Part shown: one piece after another, positions 1 to 12,290 of the stretch
Layout of the letters: the number at the start of each line of letters is the position of its first letter
Position numbering within the stretch: the first letter of the stretch is position 1
Assembly (NCBI RefSeq): GCF_006345805.1
Contig: NC_043002.1
Coordinates: forward strand, 37,448,001 to 37,512,000
Length of the DNA stretch: 64,000 bases
Reading direction: 5' to 3'
Origin: Octopus sinensis
Taxonomy: Eukaryota
Notes under the pieces: model-generated
Seen by the model: the letters and a program-made list of their open reading frames with translations, nothing else
The model's database searches: none
What the model was told of the DNA's origin: nothing
Translations under genes and position numbers: made by a program

Positions 1-939
1 GTGTGTGTATTATAAGGCAAAAATACAAATATAAACTATACTAGATTCTATGTGTAGTGCAACATGTTAATCAAGTTTTGATACCAGTTATAGTCTGGGG
101 AGAGTCATTTTCTTTTTGTGCCTTATCATTTAACACACTCACCGGTAAAATTTCCACTTATTTCTTATTTTTATTTTCCTAAAATTTTCGTTGCCTCTTG
201 CAACCTTTTCAATAGTCTTGACTGTGTCAGTTATATACACTGCATTCCTTTTTTTTTGTTTGTGCACATGTGTGTGGGTCAGTGTGTGTGTGTGTGTGTG
301 TGTGCCTATGCATGTACATATGTATGTATGTGTGTGTGTATGTATGTATGTATGTATGTGTGTGTATGTATATATGTGAGTATATCCATATGTATATATG
401 TATGTATGTGTGTGCATCTGTATGTATTCTGCATATTCATGTGCTTGCACATCTGTGTGTGTATTTTCTATGTATGTGTGTCTTTGAGCGTGTGTTTGTA
501 TATATATGCACCTCTGTCTCCTTGTGTGTACATGTGTGTGTGTGTTTTGCAACTATGTATCATGTTTGAATGTATGGATATGCATCTCTATATGTGTGGA
601 CCCGTGTCACACATATAGAGATTCAACAAATTGCTTTATGGAAAAGCACAAATGTCAAAAAATTTAAAATATCTTCCTAAAATTTAAAGTCGTTCATGAA
701 TGTAAAAGATCCTTATTCAACATGTAGTCATTATTTCATAAGTCATGAAGCATTCATGACATCAGTCATTTTTCTAATCAATATCTGTTCTTTGACACAT
801 TAAAAATGCATGCCATGATCCACACCTGAATTAGGTCATTAATGAGAAATATCCTGAGGAATCAGTGCAAGACTTCAGAAATTAAGTGAAGAAAAAAACT
901 TGAAGGGTGATAACCATTAAAATTTATTGATTTCTAACA

Positions 940-1375
940 TAGGCACAAGTTACAAATTGTGAGGAAGTGCAAAATTGATTAAATCAACCCCAGTGCATGA
1001 TGGGTACTTGATTTAATCAATTATAGAATGTTTTTAGAAGTTGACCTTGGTTGAATTTGAACCTAGAACATTAAGACTGTAACTGTATACTGCAGGGTAT
1101 ATTTTCCAATACTCTAATGATTCTGATAGTTCATAACTGTTTGAATATCGGTTTCTTAGTTTGACACAAGGCCAGCAATTTCGGGGGAGGCATTAAATTG
1201 CTTGTCTTGATCTCAGTATTCAACTGGTACTTATTTTATAGACCCAACAAAAGGATGAAAGACAAAAATCAACCTTGGTAGAATTTGAACTCAGAATGTC
1301 AAGATGGACAAAATTCCGCTAAGCATTTTTGCCCAATGTGTTAACAATTCTGCCAACTTGCCACCTTATCCTTAG
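940..1375 (-). mobile_element. Two degraded copies of SINE family D (tRNA head, TTTCATCCTTT-GGGGTCGA core)
   Basis: Both show ...gacc(c)tggt/gaatttgaactcagaa...gctaagcattt...aacaattctgcca pattern shared with 32540-32757 and 45350-45550. Confidence 0.6.
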
Positions 1376-1968
1376 AATAAATATTAATAATAAAAGTTAG
1401 AAAATATTAAAATATGACCAAAATACATTTAGAAATAACTTCACAGGCAATTTAAATTTCAGAGATTAAATTTTTCATTAGAAAACTGTTTTTAGAGACT
1501 TTAATAATCAGAAGATGCTAAGCAGTGGCAGGAGCACTCATGGTCCTTGTAGACCCTAAGCATAGTAGATTAGAGCAATTATGATTAAGTTTCAACTCCT
1601 ATTGGGAGAATTCATTGATTGATAATCCTTTGTTTGCTAAAGCAGAATCGATGGAGCAACAAGGAAATAACCTTACATTGCCTGTTTGGGCTCTCTGAAG
1701 TCATCATCATTTTAACATCTACTTTTTCTTTGCTTGCATGGAATGGGGTGAACTTAGTGAGGCTGATTTTTAACAACTGGATGCTCTTCCTGTTGCTAAC
1801 CCTTACCTGTTTGCTAGCAAAGTAATATTTCACTATGGTCAGACATATTTTTATAGAATATTGAAAATAAATGACATTCATTTACATTAATCAAAACATG
1901 ACACAAAGATACACACTCAGACTTATGCATATATATGTATGTACATACATACATACATACATACTACA

Positions 1969-2000
<32 letters not shown>

Positions 2001-4235
2001 GACAGACGGATGGATGGGCATACACACGTACACACACACACACACATAAATACACACACTTCTTTCAGTTTCTGTCCATTGTATCCACTCATAAGGCTTT
2101 GGTCAGTCCAGTGCTATACTAGAAGATATTGCCCAAAGTGCTATGCAGAGAGGCTAAATCTGAAACAAGATTAATCACATAGCTATGCCTTTACCTGCAT
2201 TCTGAGTTCAAATCCTCACAAGGTTAACTTTGCCTTTTATCCTCCTGGACTCAGTAAAATAAAGTAGAGTTGATGGAATTGTCATAGCATGACAGAAAAT
2301 ATTTATTAGCATTTGTTCCAGTTCTTTATGGTCTGAGATTACTTGTTATGACTCTGGTGCCAAACTATCCTGGACTTTGTCTTGCTCTTAGACAACACTG
2401 GTGGCATGGAGAGCATAAGATTGCTGGTCTTCCATTAAAATATTGCTAATGCCCGGAGAGGAACTTTCCAGATGTGAAGAAAGGATTAAGCCTACAGTCT
2501 GAAATCTTCAAATTATTTGTTGATCTGTTTGTTGTATAAGATTTTTTTGAAAAATGTTTTATGTTCCAGTGTGTTTACCATGACACTCTTAGGATGGAAG
2601 CATTTTTTGAAAAACATATGTAGCTGAAATAACAGTACAAAAATAAGCATTTCTATATTATTTAAAGAATGCCATTCTTGTTTCTGTTCTTGTTCTTGCT
2701 GATGGTTAACCCTTAGTCAGCACTGATTCATCAGACCAATTGTCAAAATTAGATATAACATTTCTCAGATCATGCAATCAGTATGTCCTTCTTAGTTTAA
2801 AATAGGAATTTGACTGAGGTTTTGGTAGCTATTTCTAGCCTGTTGAATAACTTCATATAGCTGCCATCTTTGGTACATAGTTTATAATTTTTTTTTTTAT
2901 CGAATAGTTAAAAGTAAACAAATACTTTAGCTGCAAATTTTATTCCTCTCCTTTTCAAATATATTTTGCACCAGCTTAGAATATTTACTGTTTGATAAAG
3001 TTAAGAAGTAAAATATATATATATTTGACATGTTAAAAAATGGAATTCCCAGCTAGAATCTAAAAAATATTTATTGGGCACTGAATGGTATGCATTTAGT
3101 ATTTTATTTACTTTCTTTTTGGAAATATAAATTGCAATAGATTGACATGAACAAATTTATTAGAATTCCAACAAAAATATGACCTCATATTTAACTAGTT
3201 GACAATCAATATTTCTAAACTTATATCACTTATGAAGTGATATGAGATTGAAGAATCTGATTTTGGTAAAAGAAAAGAAGCAATTTGGTTAATATTACTG
3301 AACTGTAAAAAAAGCAAAAATGATATATGAAATTATGTTTAGTAAACTATCATCATTATTCCGCACAAAACAGAAAGAGATTAGTTTAAATGCAAATATT
3401 TTTGACAAAAACTAAAGAAATCTATTCAAAAATTTCTAAGACTTATAGATGAGAAATAAGTTCTACAACAAATATAAAAAAAAAAAAATTGGAAAATTAT
3501 TTGTATTTTTTATTCATCAGGATTTTATTGAGTGATGCAACAGAGAAATAATTGTTATATTCAATAAGTATTCAGTATTGAGGATAGAATAGGTATACAA
3601 TTTGCATACTGTACAGCTACAATGTATAAGGATACAATATGTATGTAATAGTTATTCCATGTGGTTAATGTAAGCTTGAGATATCTTGAATGAAATAAGA
3701 TGAATATGAAATTGTGTTAGTGCTTTTTTTTTTTTCAATCACATAAGGGTGGTAAAATAATAATAATAATAATAATATATTGATTTTTATCTGTAAAGAG
3801 ATGGTATTCACTTGGAATAATGGGAAGGGTTAGAATAGAGATTTAGAACTGTTATGAATAATACTGGTTACATTCATCTCATATGGTTTATTGAAAAACA
3901 CAAAGACGTTACCAATAAATATTTGAGTGAAAAATTAACCTACCCAAAATACTGCAAATCATCTTTTATAGAAAGTAAGAGATTTTTTGGATATGTATGA
4001 TGCATGTGGAGTGTGTAATGTGTAAGTGAGTGTATGTATGAGTGTAAAAGAGTGTTTTCAAGTGGCATAGAGAGTCAGTTGTGCTCATATTTTTCCATCA
4101 ATAAAAGTGTCTAAATTTGTCATGGTCCCATGCTCGTGCATGTGTGTGCATGCATATACATGGACACACATACACACGACATATTTAATATGGGGAGTAT
4201 ATATTGTCACTTGAGTTGATCTGTATTAAAGATGA

Positions 4236-4274
<39 letters not shown>

Positions 4275-4501
4275 TATGTGTACAATATATACATAAATAG
4301 ATATATTTATACATGAGTGTGTATGTATGTATATACATATATATATATATAATATATATATATATATACATACATACATATATATGTATATGTGTGTGTG
4401 TGTGCATGTACTTCATATCTGTATGTGTCTGTGTACATGTCAGTATATATCTTTATATATATATATGTTTGTAAATATGTTTGTGTATTTATGTATATAT
4501 A

Positions 4502-4543
4502 ATTCCATACTACAGTCCTCTCTGCTCTACCAGCTGAACTATC
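4502..4543 (-). pseudogene. tRNA-Tyr(GTA) 5'-half fragment
   Basis: GATAGTTCAGCTGGTAGAGCAGAGAGGACTGTAG versus canonical GATAGCTCAGCTGGTAGAGCGGAGGACTGTAG (2 substitutions, 2-nt insertion). Anticodon GTA at 4513-4511; no 3' half. Confidence 0.7.
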
Positions 4544-5074
4544 ATGAATATGTGTGTATGTATGCAAGTGTGTATATATTTTTGTATGTATATATGTATG
4601 TATGTATATTACTTCAGAATGTGATTTATTTGCATAGATTTCCTTTAATAATATCAATAAAAGACCTCAGTAATCTGCCTGTAATTTAAAATCTGCGGGT
4701 GCATACCAAAGAAATACAGAAAGTTTGTACTTTCAAGATTAAAGTATTACTTTTATTGACACTTTGAACTCCACAAAAGTAAATAGTATATTTGAGTGAA
4801 TATAATTAGTTTAGTCATTTAGTTTTAGACTAAATCTTATGCTTCATTGCTTGTAAACAAATTTATCAAAAGTAACAAGGAATTGAAAATTCACAAAGAC
4901 TGACAGCAAAACATGGCAATTATGTATAGTGTGGCATGGCAGGTAAGAGCACGGCAAACATTATTTATGCTGTTTGACCAAGTGCTGTGGAGTATTTTTT
5001 TTTCCATATTTTCAAATTTGCCATTATCAGTCAATTTCATTATGATCTCTGAAAATACATACATATATACATAG

Positions 5075-5105
<31 letters not shown>

Positions 5106-5107
<2 letters not shown>

Positions 5108-5246
5108 AGAATTTTTTGCGTAATAAGATAAAGAACCACGGCTGTGTAGATATTAGAGCTTTTCACAAGTTGTAAGACCGTTTATCTATAAATGCTCTAA
5201 TATCTACACAGCCTTGGTTCCTTATCTTATTACGCAAAAAATTCTT
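5106..5246. mobile_element. Fold-back element with about 54-bp near-perfect inverted arms next to a (TA)n tract
   Basis: Arms 5106-5159 and 5194-5246 are reverse complements (2 mismatches, 1 indel); one-armed copy at 17603-17670. Confidence 0.8.
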
Positions 5247-6711
5247 ACATACACACGCTGACATAGAACCAACGTTGAACCTTTTATTTGCAATATTACC
5301 GAATCTGGAACTTAACTATGGTCTGCCTAATGCTGTGAGACTTTAAGAAGAAAATTGATTACATGTACTTTTTAAAAAAGGATATTACATAATTGAATTG
5401 GTAAAAATGTAAAAAATGTCTGAAAATATATGTTTATGTAGGTTTTTAGATTGAAAATGTTGGATGAGTTAGTAGCATAGCACAGATTTGCCAAATTTAA
5501 TCAGAAGAAACTGCTGCATATATGACTTATTTTATGGGTCGTTTGGACTGTGGAAAGAAGGGGAAAGAAACAACCAGGATTCTCATGATACTTGGATAAA
5601 ATACTAGGAATAGAATGAATTCCAGTGAAGATACTTAAAGGCCAATGGGGTTTTTAAACTGAGTGGTGGATTAAATGTCACTCAAGAATATTCTACTCTC
5701 CAAAGAAGAGTCTAATCAAAGATCTTTTACTTAGACTCATATTTCACTCAGAAGGCTTTGTTATATCCTAGGATCAAGATTTTAAACTGATTTTAAACAA
5801 AGGATCAAGATTTTAAACTGAAATTATGTTATTGCAAAATGAGCCTTTTAATCATATAACTAGGACTGTATATTTTACTTTTTTCAGTCATTGGGCTGTA
5901 AAAATGCTAGGGCAGTACCTTAAAGGGTCAAACAAATCACCCCTAAGTACTTAATTTCCAAGTCAGCCACTTACTCTATCAGCGACTTTTGTTGAGTTAT
6001 TCACAGGCATGGATGTAAACAAACCAACACCTGCTGTAAAGTAGTTGGGACACACACACAATATGAATATATATATATATATATCATCTGTCTACCAGAT
6101 TCACCCACAAAGTATTGGTCAGCCTAGGGCTGTAGTAGAAGTGATTGATCAAAAGCAACAAAATATTCATACTTGTTAGATTTGGTTCAAGTTTCATGTA
6201 TCATGCATAATTTTGTGTGTGTATGTGTGTGCGCGCGTGTGTGCTCGTGTGTGTGTCGTGGGTTAGTATCTTATGTATGACATATTTACATTCAGTGTAG
6301 AGGATTATATTCTGTGAACTATATGGCTTAATAAGACATTAAAAAGCATTTTGGTACTGGCAAAATGGATCTGTATAAAGTAACAAATGTTCCAAGCAAT
6401 TCTAAACGTTGTGTGACAAAGTTTTAGATGCTATGAGCTACTTTGGATTTAAGAGAAATGAGAGCAAAATTGGTAAAAAGAGAATATTAATATCCTTTTA
6501 TGGGAAACGACATGAAAGAAATATTTCACAAAACATGACTAAAACACTGAAATATAACTGAAATATGTAACAAAGAATTTAGAAAGCATAGAGAACCGTT
6601 ATTAATATTGTACAGCCTACACATACACAGGTATATACATTCATACATACATATGTATAAATATTATATACATATATATACATAATATAATATATATACA
6701 ATATATAATAT

Positions 6712-6743
<32 letters not shown>

Positions 6744-6830
6744 ATATATAATATATAAATTATATTATATATTATATATTATATAATATATAATATAATT
6801 ATATAATATAATATATTATAATTATAGATG

Positions 6831-6900
6831 GCCAGATAACCGAAGAGATGGTGTTGTGGATTTCCACCTCGGCATCTGAAACTCAGAGTTTTATCTTGGC
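6831..6900 (+). ncRNA. Degenerate type-I hammerhead-ribozyme-like motif
   Basis: Stem I GCCAGATAA/TTATCTTGGC, core CCGAAGA (U4>C), stem II GATG..CATC, one extra T, GAA, near-palindromic stem III ACTCAGAGT, GUU triplet. Confidence 0.6.
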
Positions 6901-7545
6901 TATTGAATAATTGTCACATATTATTCTACAGATACATTTCCTTTTTTGACATAATATTGAGGTCTCTTTCTTTCTTATGTTATCTTACCGTTTTTACCAA
7001 TATATACAGTGTTTGTTTACTGACACAGTGTAATAAAATTAGTATCATCTTAATATTAACAATATTAAAATTGATAACATTAATTAACTTGATGCATATT
7101 AACACATACACTCAAATCCACAATATATATAAGTGTGTTTGTGTGTATGTATGTGTGATATGTGTGTATTGTGCATGTGTGTATATATTTCTACTACAAT
7201 GCACAGAACTATCTATCTTCTCTTCCATGATGAAGAGCCTGTAGCCCAAAATATCAGACCAATTTTTTTTTCTGCATAATAGCTGCCTTTATTAAAATAA
7301 CCACATTTCCTCATGCCTACTCACACTCACACATTTATATAGATGGACGGGTAGATGGAAGCATTGATTGATGGATGGATGTAAAAATAGACAGGTGGAT
7401 AGTTTGATAGATAAAATGTTTGAATATACATGGAGAAAAGCAAAATAAGGTAAAGCTTATACAAGGAAGTAAAAATCCAGATTTGCATAAATAAAAGGAG
7501 AAAAGCAAGAAGAAAACAAAGAAAGAAATAAAAGAAAAATATAAT

Positions 7546-7551
7546 ACTCAC
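7546..7551 (-). promoter_or_regulatory. Canonical U2 5' splice donor
   Basis: GCA GG|GTGAGT exactly where channel homology ends; the ORF stops at the TGA inside the donor. Confidence 0.9.
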
Positions 7552-7797
7552 CCTGCCAGGACAATGAAACAGTCTAGCCGATTCCATGAATCAGCCAAAA
7601 AGGTTAATTTTCCAATGAGTCCCATAGCTATCATTTTGATAATCATTTCCACAGTGAAAAAGACAAAAATAAAATGGTCGCAAAGCTCAAGCATTTTACA
7701 TCTTGTAGAGTTACAGACCTGATCCAGGCACGGCCTATACATTCCAAGTGTTATGCAGTTCATCATTATGACTCCCATACTGATGCGTTCAAACCAT
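7552..7797 (-). CDS. Cav3: Internal coding exon of T-type voltage-gated Ca2+ channel alpha-1 subunit (domain I S1-S3)
   Basis: Translates [82 protein letters not shown], matching the Cav3-specific WFE.isM.VI..NC.TLGM..PC...C...RC and D.WNRLD.FIV motifs. Phase 2 at both ends, 246 nt, bounded by CAC| acceptor and |GTGAGT donor. Confidence 0.96.
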
Positions 7798-7817
7798 GTG
7801 ATTAGTGTTAAGGAAAA
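7798..7817 (-). promoter_or_regulatory. U12-type (AT-AC) 3' splice site and branch point
   Basis: Minus strand reads TTTTCCTTAAC-actaat-CAC|ATGGTTT. This is the U12 branch consensus TTCCTTAAC about 10 nt before an AC acceptor; no AG is present at the homology boundary. Confidence 0.9.
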
Positions 7818-8146
7818 GAATTTCAAGAAACATATGTTGTGCATTTATGAAACATAAATCAGATATGAAATGAAAAAAAACATTTATATCATTTTTGAAT
7901 TCAGTAAACAATAAAATTTAATTATTAATTACACAGGAGAAGCAGTTTATTGTGATCATTTTTGGCTGAAGTATTTTTGATAACAGTAACTAGCTGATAA
8001 TATTATGATGATAATAACCAATTTATGAGATTATCTATGCTCACAATAAATGGCTTTCACTCTGTGTACATAAAAGTTCATTCTGAAAATAATGTTTTCT
8101 TAGTGTGTTATGTGGGACATTTGAAAAATAGCAATACTAAAATCAT

Positions 8147-8515
8147 AATGTGTTCCTAATATTTATAAATGAGATATTTGGTGATGTCATTGGTGCCACA
8201 TAAAATGCACCCAGTATGCTCTAAAAGTGTCTGGTGTTAGGAAGGGCATTCATTCATAGAAACAATATCAAAGCAGACAGAATGTGTTCCTAATATTTAT
8301 AAGTGAGGTGTTTGGGGGTGTCACTGGTACTGGTGCCACATAAAATGCAACCAGTGTGCTCTAAAAGTGGCTGGTGTTAGGAAGAGCATTCAATCATAGA
8401 AACAATGTCAAAGCAGACATTGGAACTTGGTTAAGTCTTCTGACTCACCAGATTCAGTGAAGCCATCCAACTCATGCCAACAAAGGAAATGGTTGCTAAA
8501 TGGTGATTATGACGA
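8147..8515 (+). mobile_element. RTE 3' UTR/tail copy with internal 134-bp tandem duplication
   Basis: ggtgttaggaagggcat...agaaac motif present twice; ends ccatccaactcatgccaa...gatgatg like the RTE at 19815-20633. Confidence 0.7.
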
Positions 8516-8599
8516 TGATGAATGTAAGAGCATCATACGAAAGAGAAATCAAATTTTCATGAATCTGGAAATATGCTGTGACTGCGAAGACCCAACAAA

Positions 8600-9103
8600 T
8601 AACGTGAGTTCATGGCTGTTTCCTGCACCAGCTTCACATAGACCCCAGCCCATCCAAAGTACCTTGGATTGCAGGATGGCCTGCTGTGCTTACCTTGGAT
8701 CATAGGGCAACCTGATGTTGAGGAGACCTATTGAGTCAAGTATATCAACATAAAAAAAAATCAAATGGAAATTGTAGTTGTGATACCTGTGCCGGTAGCA
8801 CATAAAAAGCACCATCCAAATGTGGCCGATGCCAGTGCTGCCTTGACTGGCTTCCGTGCCTGTGGCATGTAAAAACTGATCGTGGCTGTTGCCAGCCTCC
8901 CCTGGTACCTGTGCCAGTGGCAAGTAAAAAGCACCCACTACACTCACGGAGTGGTTGGCATTAGGAAGGGCATCCATCTGTAGAAACACTGCCAGATCAG
9001 ACTGAAGCCTAGTGCAGCCTCCTGGATTCCCAGACCCCGGTCGAATCGTCTGACCCATGTAGCATGGAAAACAGACGTTAAACGATGATGATGATGATGA
9101 TGT
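8600..9103 (+). mobile_element. Long RTE-type 3' UTR copy
   Basis: About three 60-bp GCAC.TAAAAAGCACC modules, then gagtggttggcattaggaagggcatcc, ending gacgttaaac(GAT)n. Confidence 0.8.
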
Positions 9104-9484
9104 TTAGTACCAGATAATAGAATCTGCAATCTCAGAATTGATGGTTAAACTATTTCAAAAAGACATGGAAAAGTAAAACACTAGAACATTCCATATTACA
9201 GCCAATAATTTTTACATGTATGTGTGTTCTGTAATTTGAAAAAGATTGAGGGCAAAAGAATAAATAAGAGGTACCTCTTGTATCAATGCTTGTTACAATA
9301 CAACAGACTTCAATTATTATTATTCCTTGACCTTACTAGATCTAAACAGTGACAGCAACACAACAACTACTACTATAGAGTAACATTCACTACTAATCTA
9401 ATTACCTTTATAATTAATAGCTGATTAATTTAAATTTAATTACATTAATCAGTAGAAGATCTGCGAGTTATCACTACCTAATGA

Positions 9485-10000
9485 TCTTAAGAGAAGCTTC
9501 TTCTGTGTCACTGTGGAATCAGTGCTATCGTACTTGTCAATTAGTTGGACACTCACCAAACACCTGGAAGTAAAGCTTGATGAAGTTTACAGAGTACTTT
9601 AAAGGCATTTCTGAATATTTCATGAAAAATCATCTGACCAGACAAAAGCTGTATGACAGAGTATCTTCTTGCAATCATTGATGTTATAAGAGGAAGAGAG
9701 AGATAGAGAGAGAGAGGGAGAGAGAGGGAAAGAGCGAGAGAGAGGGACAGAGAGAGGAGAGAGAGTTAGATGCATGCATTATGCGAGATATTGCTAGAGG
9801 GCAAAGTAAGAGCTCATTTGTCATATTACTCCTAACGACAGCCTGACATGGATAAACATGCATTTGGCTGTCAAGCTAAAACCTCGACTTGGCAGCTCTA
9901 TACAGACCTGAAATGTTGCCCTGCTGATGCCTCAAATGCAATGTGGAATCATAGTAAGTGACATAGTCGGGTTGAGCAAATCTCAGCAAGCTCAACAAAA
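9485..10000 (+). mobile_element. Old LINE (RTE-like) RT C-terminal relic interrupted by (GA)n
   Basis: Frame reads KRSFFCVTVESVLSYLSISWTLTKHLEVKLDEVY, resembling the post-RT TVESVL.YG...WTLT motif; many stops. Confidence 0.6.
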
Positions 10001-10672
10001 TGAATCGATGGATTAAATTATCAGGAACAGAAAATGGTTTTAGTTTTGTGAAATTCTTTCTCTTAGTAGTAAATTACTTCTATTTTTGGAAAGTGCCTAT
10101 GGTTTGGACATCAACAACATCCAGTTTAATATAAAATTCCAATGTAGCATAGTTCATTAACTGAAGCAAAAATTGATTGAATCAAAACTGGATTTATTCC
10201 CTTCATACTCAAGAAATATAATTTCGTAGCTACCATATTACAAAAGCTTTTAACCAAATAAAACTAATACTAATGTATTAGCTTCCCTCATATTCGAGTA
10301 TTTACAGTCCTATCCATGCTTCTCATATTTAATAATCTGTCACCAGTTTTACATCTTTAAAATACCAACTAAATTAAATGGTTTAAATGATTATGTTGAC
10401 TATTAACATGAATCTTACATCATTATCCTAACCAAACAGTCAATTATCTTGTTGGATTTGCTGGAAAGGGCAGTACTCATGACCCTTGTAGACGCTCCTA
10501 GATTAGTGGAATTAATATCATTAATGCTATTAATGTTCCTTTTCAACCTTTATAAGTCAATGCCTGCAGGAAAGACATTAATAGGAAGGGAATTCCTGAG
10601 CACCGATGTTCTGGGAATGAAGAACCATAAATAGACTCTTTATTTGAATATATAACTGGTGTTTCTTTAGGC

Positions 10673-11036
10673 CAGTCTTTCTCAACCTTTTTACCCTTAT
10701 GTAACCTTTAAAATAAGTTACATGTCTCAAGGAACCCCTGCTCAATAAAAATTATATACTACTTTCTCATATTTTCTCATACTTTCTCATATTTTTCCAT
10801 TGTTGTTTATGTGGTAAATATTATATATATATATATGGTTGTTATATTTTGTTTTGATAACTTAATAGGTTAGATAGTATGATGTCTATATTGTAATAAC
10901 CAATAATATGTTGTGCATGTATAGTAATATTACAATCATGAAATTAGCATTAGCTTATCTCGCTCTTTTTCGTGGAACCCCTAGGAACCTTTTGTGGAAC
11001 CCTTGTGTTCCAGGGAATCCCGGTTGAGAAATGGTG
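10673..11036. mobile_element. hAT (Charlie-like) MITE
   Basis: TIRs CAGTCTTTCTCAACC / GGTTGAGAAATGGTG (12 of 15 match), perfect 8-bp TSD CTTTAGGC (10665-10672, 11037-11044), subterminal GGAACCC repeats. Confidence 0.9.
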
Positions 11037-11423
11037 CTTTAGGCAATCCATGAAAGATTAAAACTTACCATATTTGATGAAAGAAAATAGATTAAACATG
11101 AAACTATATTGGATATTAATGTAAATTAATGGTCTAGAATTGTGTACTCAAATCCTTCTAATTCATCAGATTGATAAACCAAGTTCAATAATATACTAGA
11201 ACTTTGGTAATAACATACTATTAACTGAATGAAGATTACATGAAAGCCTTAAAATATTTTATTCTGAACCATACGGTCTTAATTATAGTATCCTTGACCA
11301 ATGAGAATATCACAAATATAACTTAAGAGACTTAAAATATATGTAATTTTTGACTGATTTCACAGTAGTTTAAACTGTATGTAATAGTTAAGGGACCACA
11401 TATAGCTTAAGGGACACGTCATT

Positions 11424-11710
11424 GTTGATTAACCACCAGAGGTTCAAAGTGTATGCACCTGTTGAATAACTATACAGAGGTTTATGATGTACCTACTTGT
11501 TGAGGAAACACTCAAAGGTATAAAGTGTTGAGTGACCAAAAAAGGAGCTTAAGTGGTAATTGAGTAGTCACACAGAGGCTTACAATGTATGTAGTTATTT
11601 GAAGACCATATTGAGTCTCAAAGTGTCTGTGGCAGTTGAAAGGCCATGCAATAGATATATGTAGCTGTTGAGTGATCACACATAGAGGCTTAAGTTATAT
11701 GTAGATGAGG
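11424..11710 (+). repeat. Degenerate minisatellite, about 8 units of about 30-40 bp
   Basis: Units approximate GTTGAGTGACCACACAGAGGCTTAAAGTGTATGTAGCT. Confidence 0.65.
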
Positions 11711-11930
11711 TTAATAGATGACAAATTCAGTTGAGCGTTAGGCAAAATACCTTTCATAATCTTTCATAATCCCATTTCTAATGAAACACACTGCTTATAT
11801 ATTTCAATTAATTTAGAAAATAATTAGGTACTCAGAAGAATTTAGTAAAATATCTCTATTTTGTTTTTATCCTAAAGATGGTGTTTTGAAAATAACTTAA
11901 AAGACTCTCAACTAAAATTTATGATGGATT

Positions 11931-12152
11931 CAATCCTTTAATATTAAGATTTCTTTGTCAAATGTTGTACTTATTCACATTGTTTTGAATTAAGTACACA
12001 TTATTTTGTAGCTTCAAGATTTCAATGGTGATTTTCTATACATTGAGAATGACATTGTAGGATAGACATGAAAATTTGTATCTGGTCAGTTCTAAGATAA
12101 ACCAGGTAGATTATTTGGGCTGGATATGGCTGGATTAAATGTTAAAAGGTTG
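11931..12152. mobile_element. Degraded MITE, possibly TTAA-type (piggyBac/Kolobok-like)
   Basis: Ends caatcctttaatatt / aatgttaaaaggttg are inverted (12 of 15). The internal sequence recurs, split by a SINE, at about 14613-14680 and 15200-15335. TSD not intact. Confidence 0.5.
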
Positions 12153-12290
12153 TCTTGTTTATAGAATAAGAGGTAGTCTTGGGCAGCATTGTATACAAAA
12201 GCAGTTTGATGATTTGAGTTCAAATGCCACTACCATCCAATTTCCCCACCAGTAATACACTATAATAGATGTAATCAACTATATTTCCTC

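Noticed and set aside
118-618. Long ORFs rich in C/V/Y/I/H/T (also at 28949, 40546, 44487, 51573-55677, 60539-61365)
   Set aside because: They are translations of TA/TG/CA microsatellites, which lack stop codons in several frames; no protein signal.
1-7545. Next Cav3 exon (S4, R..R.LRPL..I)
   Set aside because: No such coding segment found by eye; it probably lies beyond position 1, though a short exon could have been missed.
7798-7844. ORF-track N-terminal extension [16 protein letters not shown]
   Set aside because: It is intronic sequence read through the U12 branch region; homology starts at W-F-E.
11424-11710. CRISPR-like array
   Set aside because: Eukaryotic context, degenerate contiguous units, no unique spacers or cas genes.
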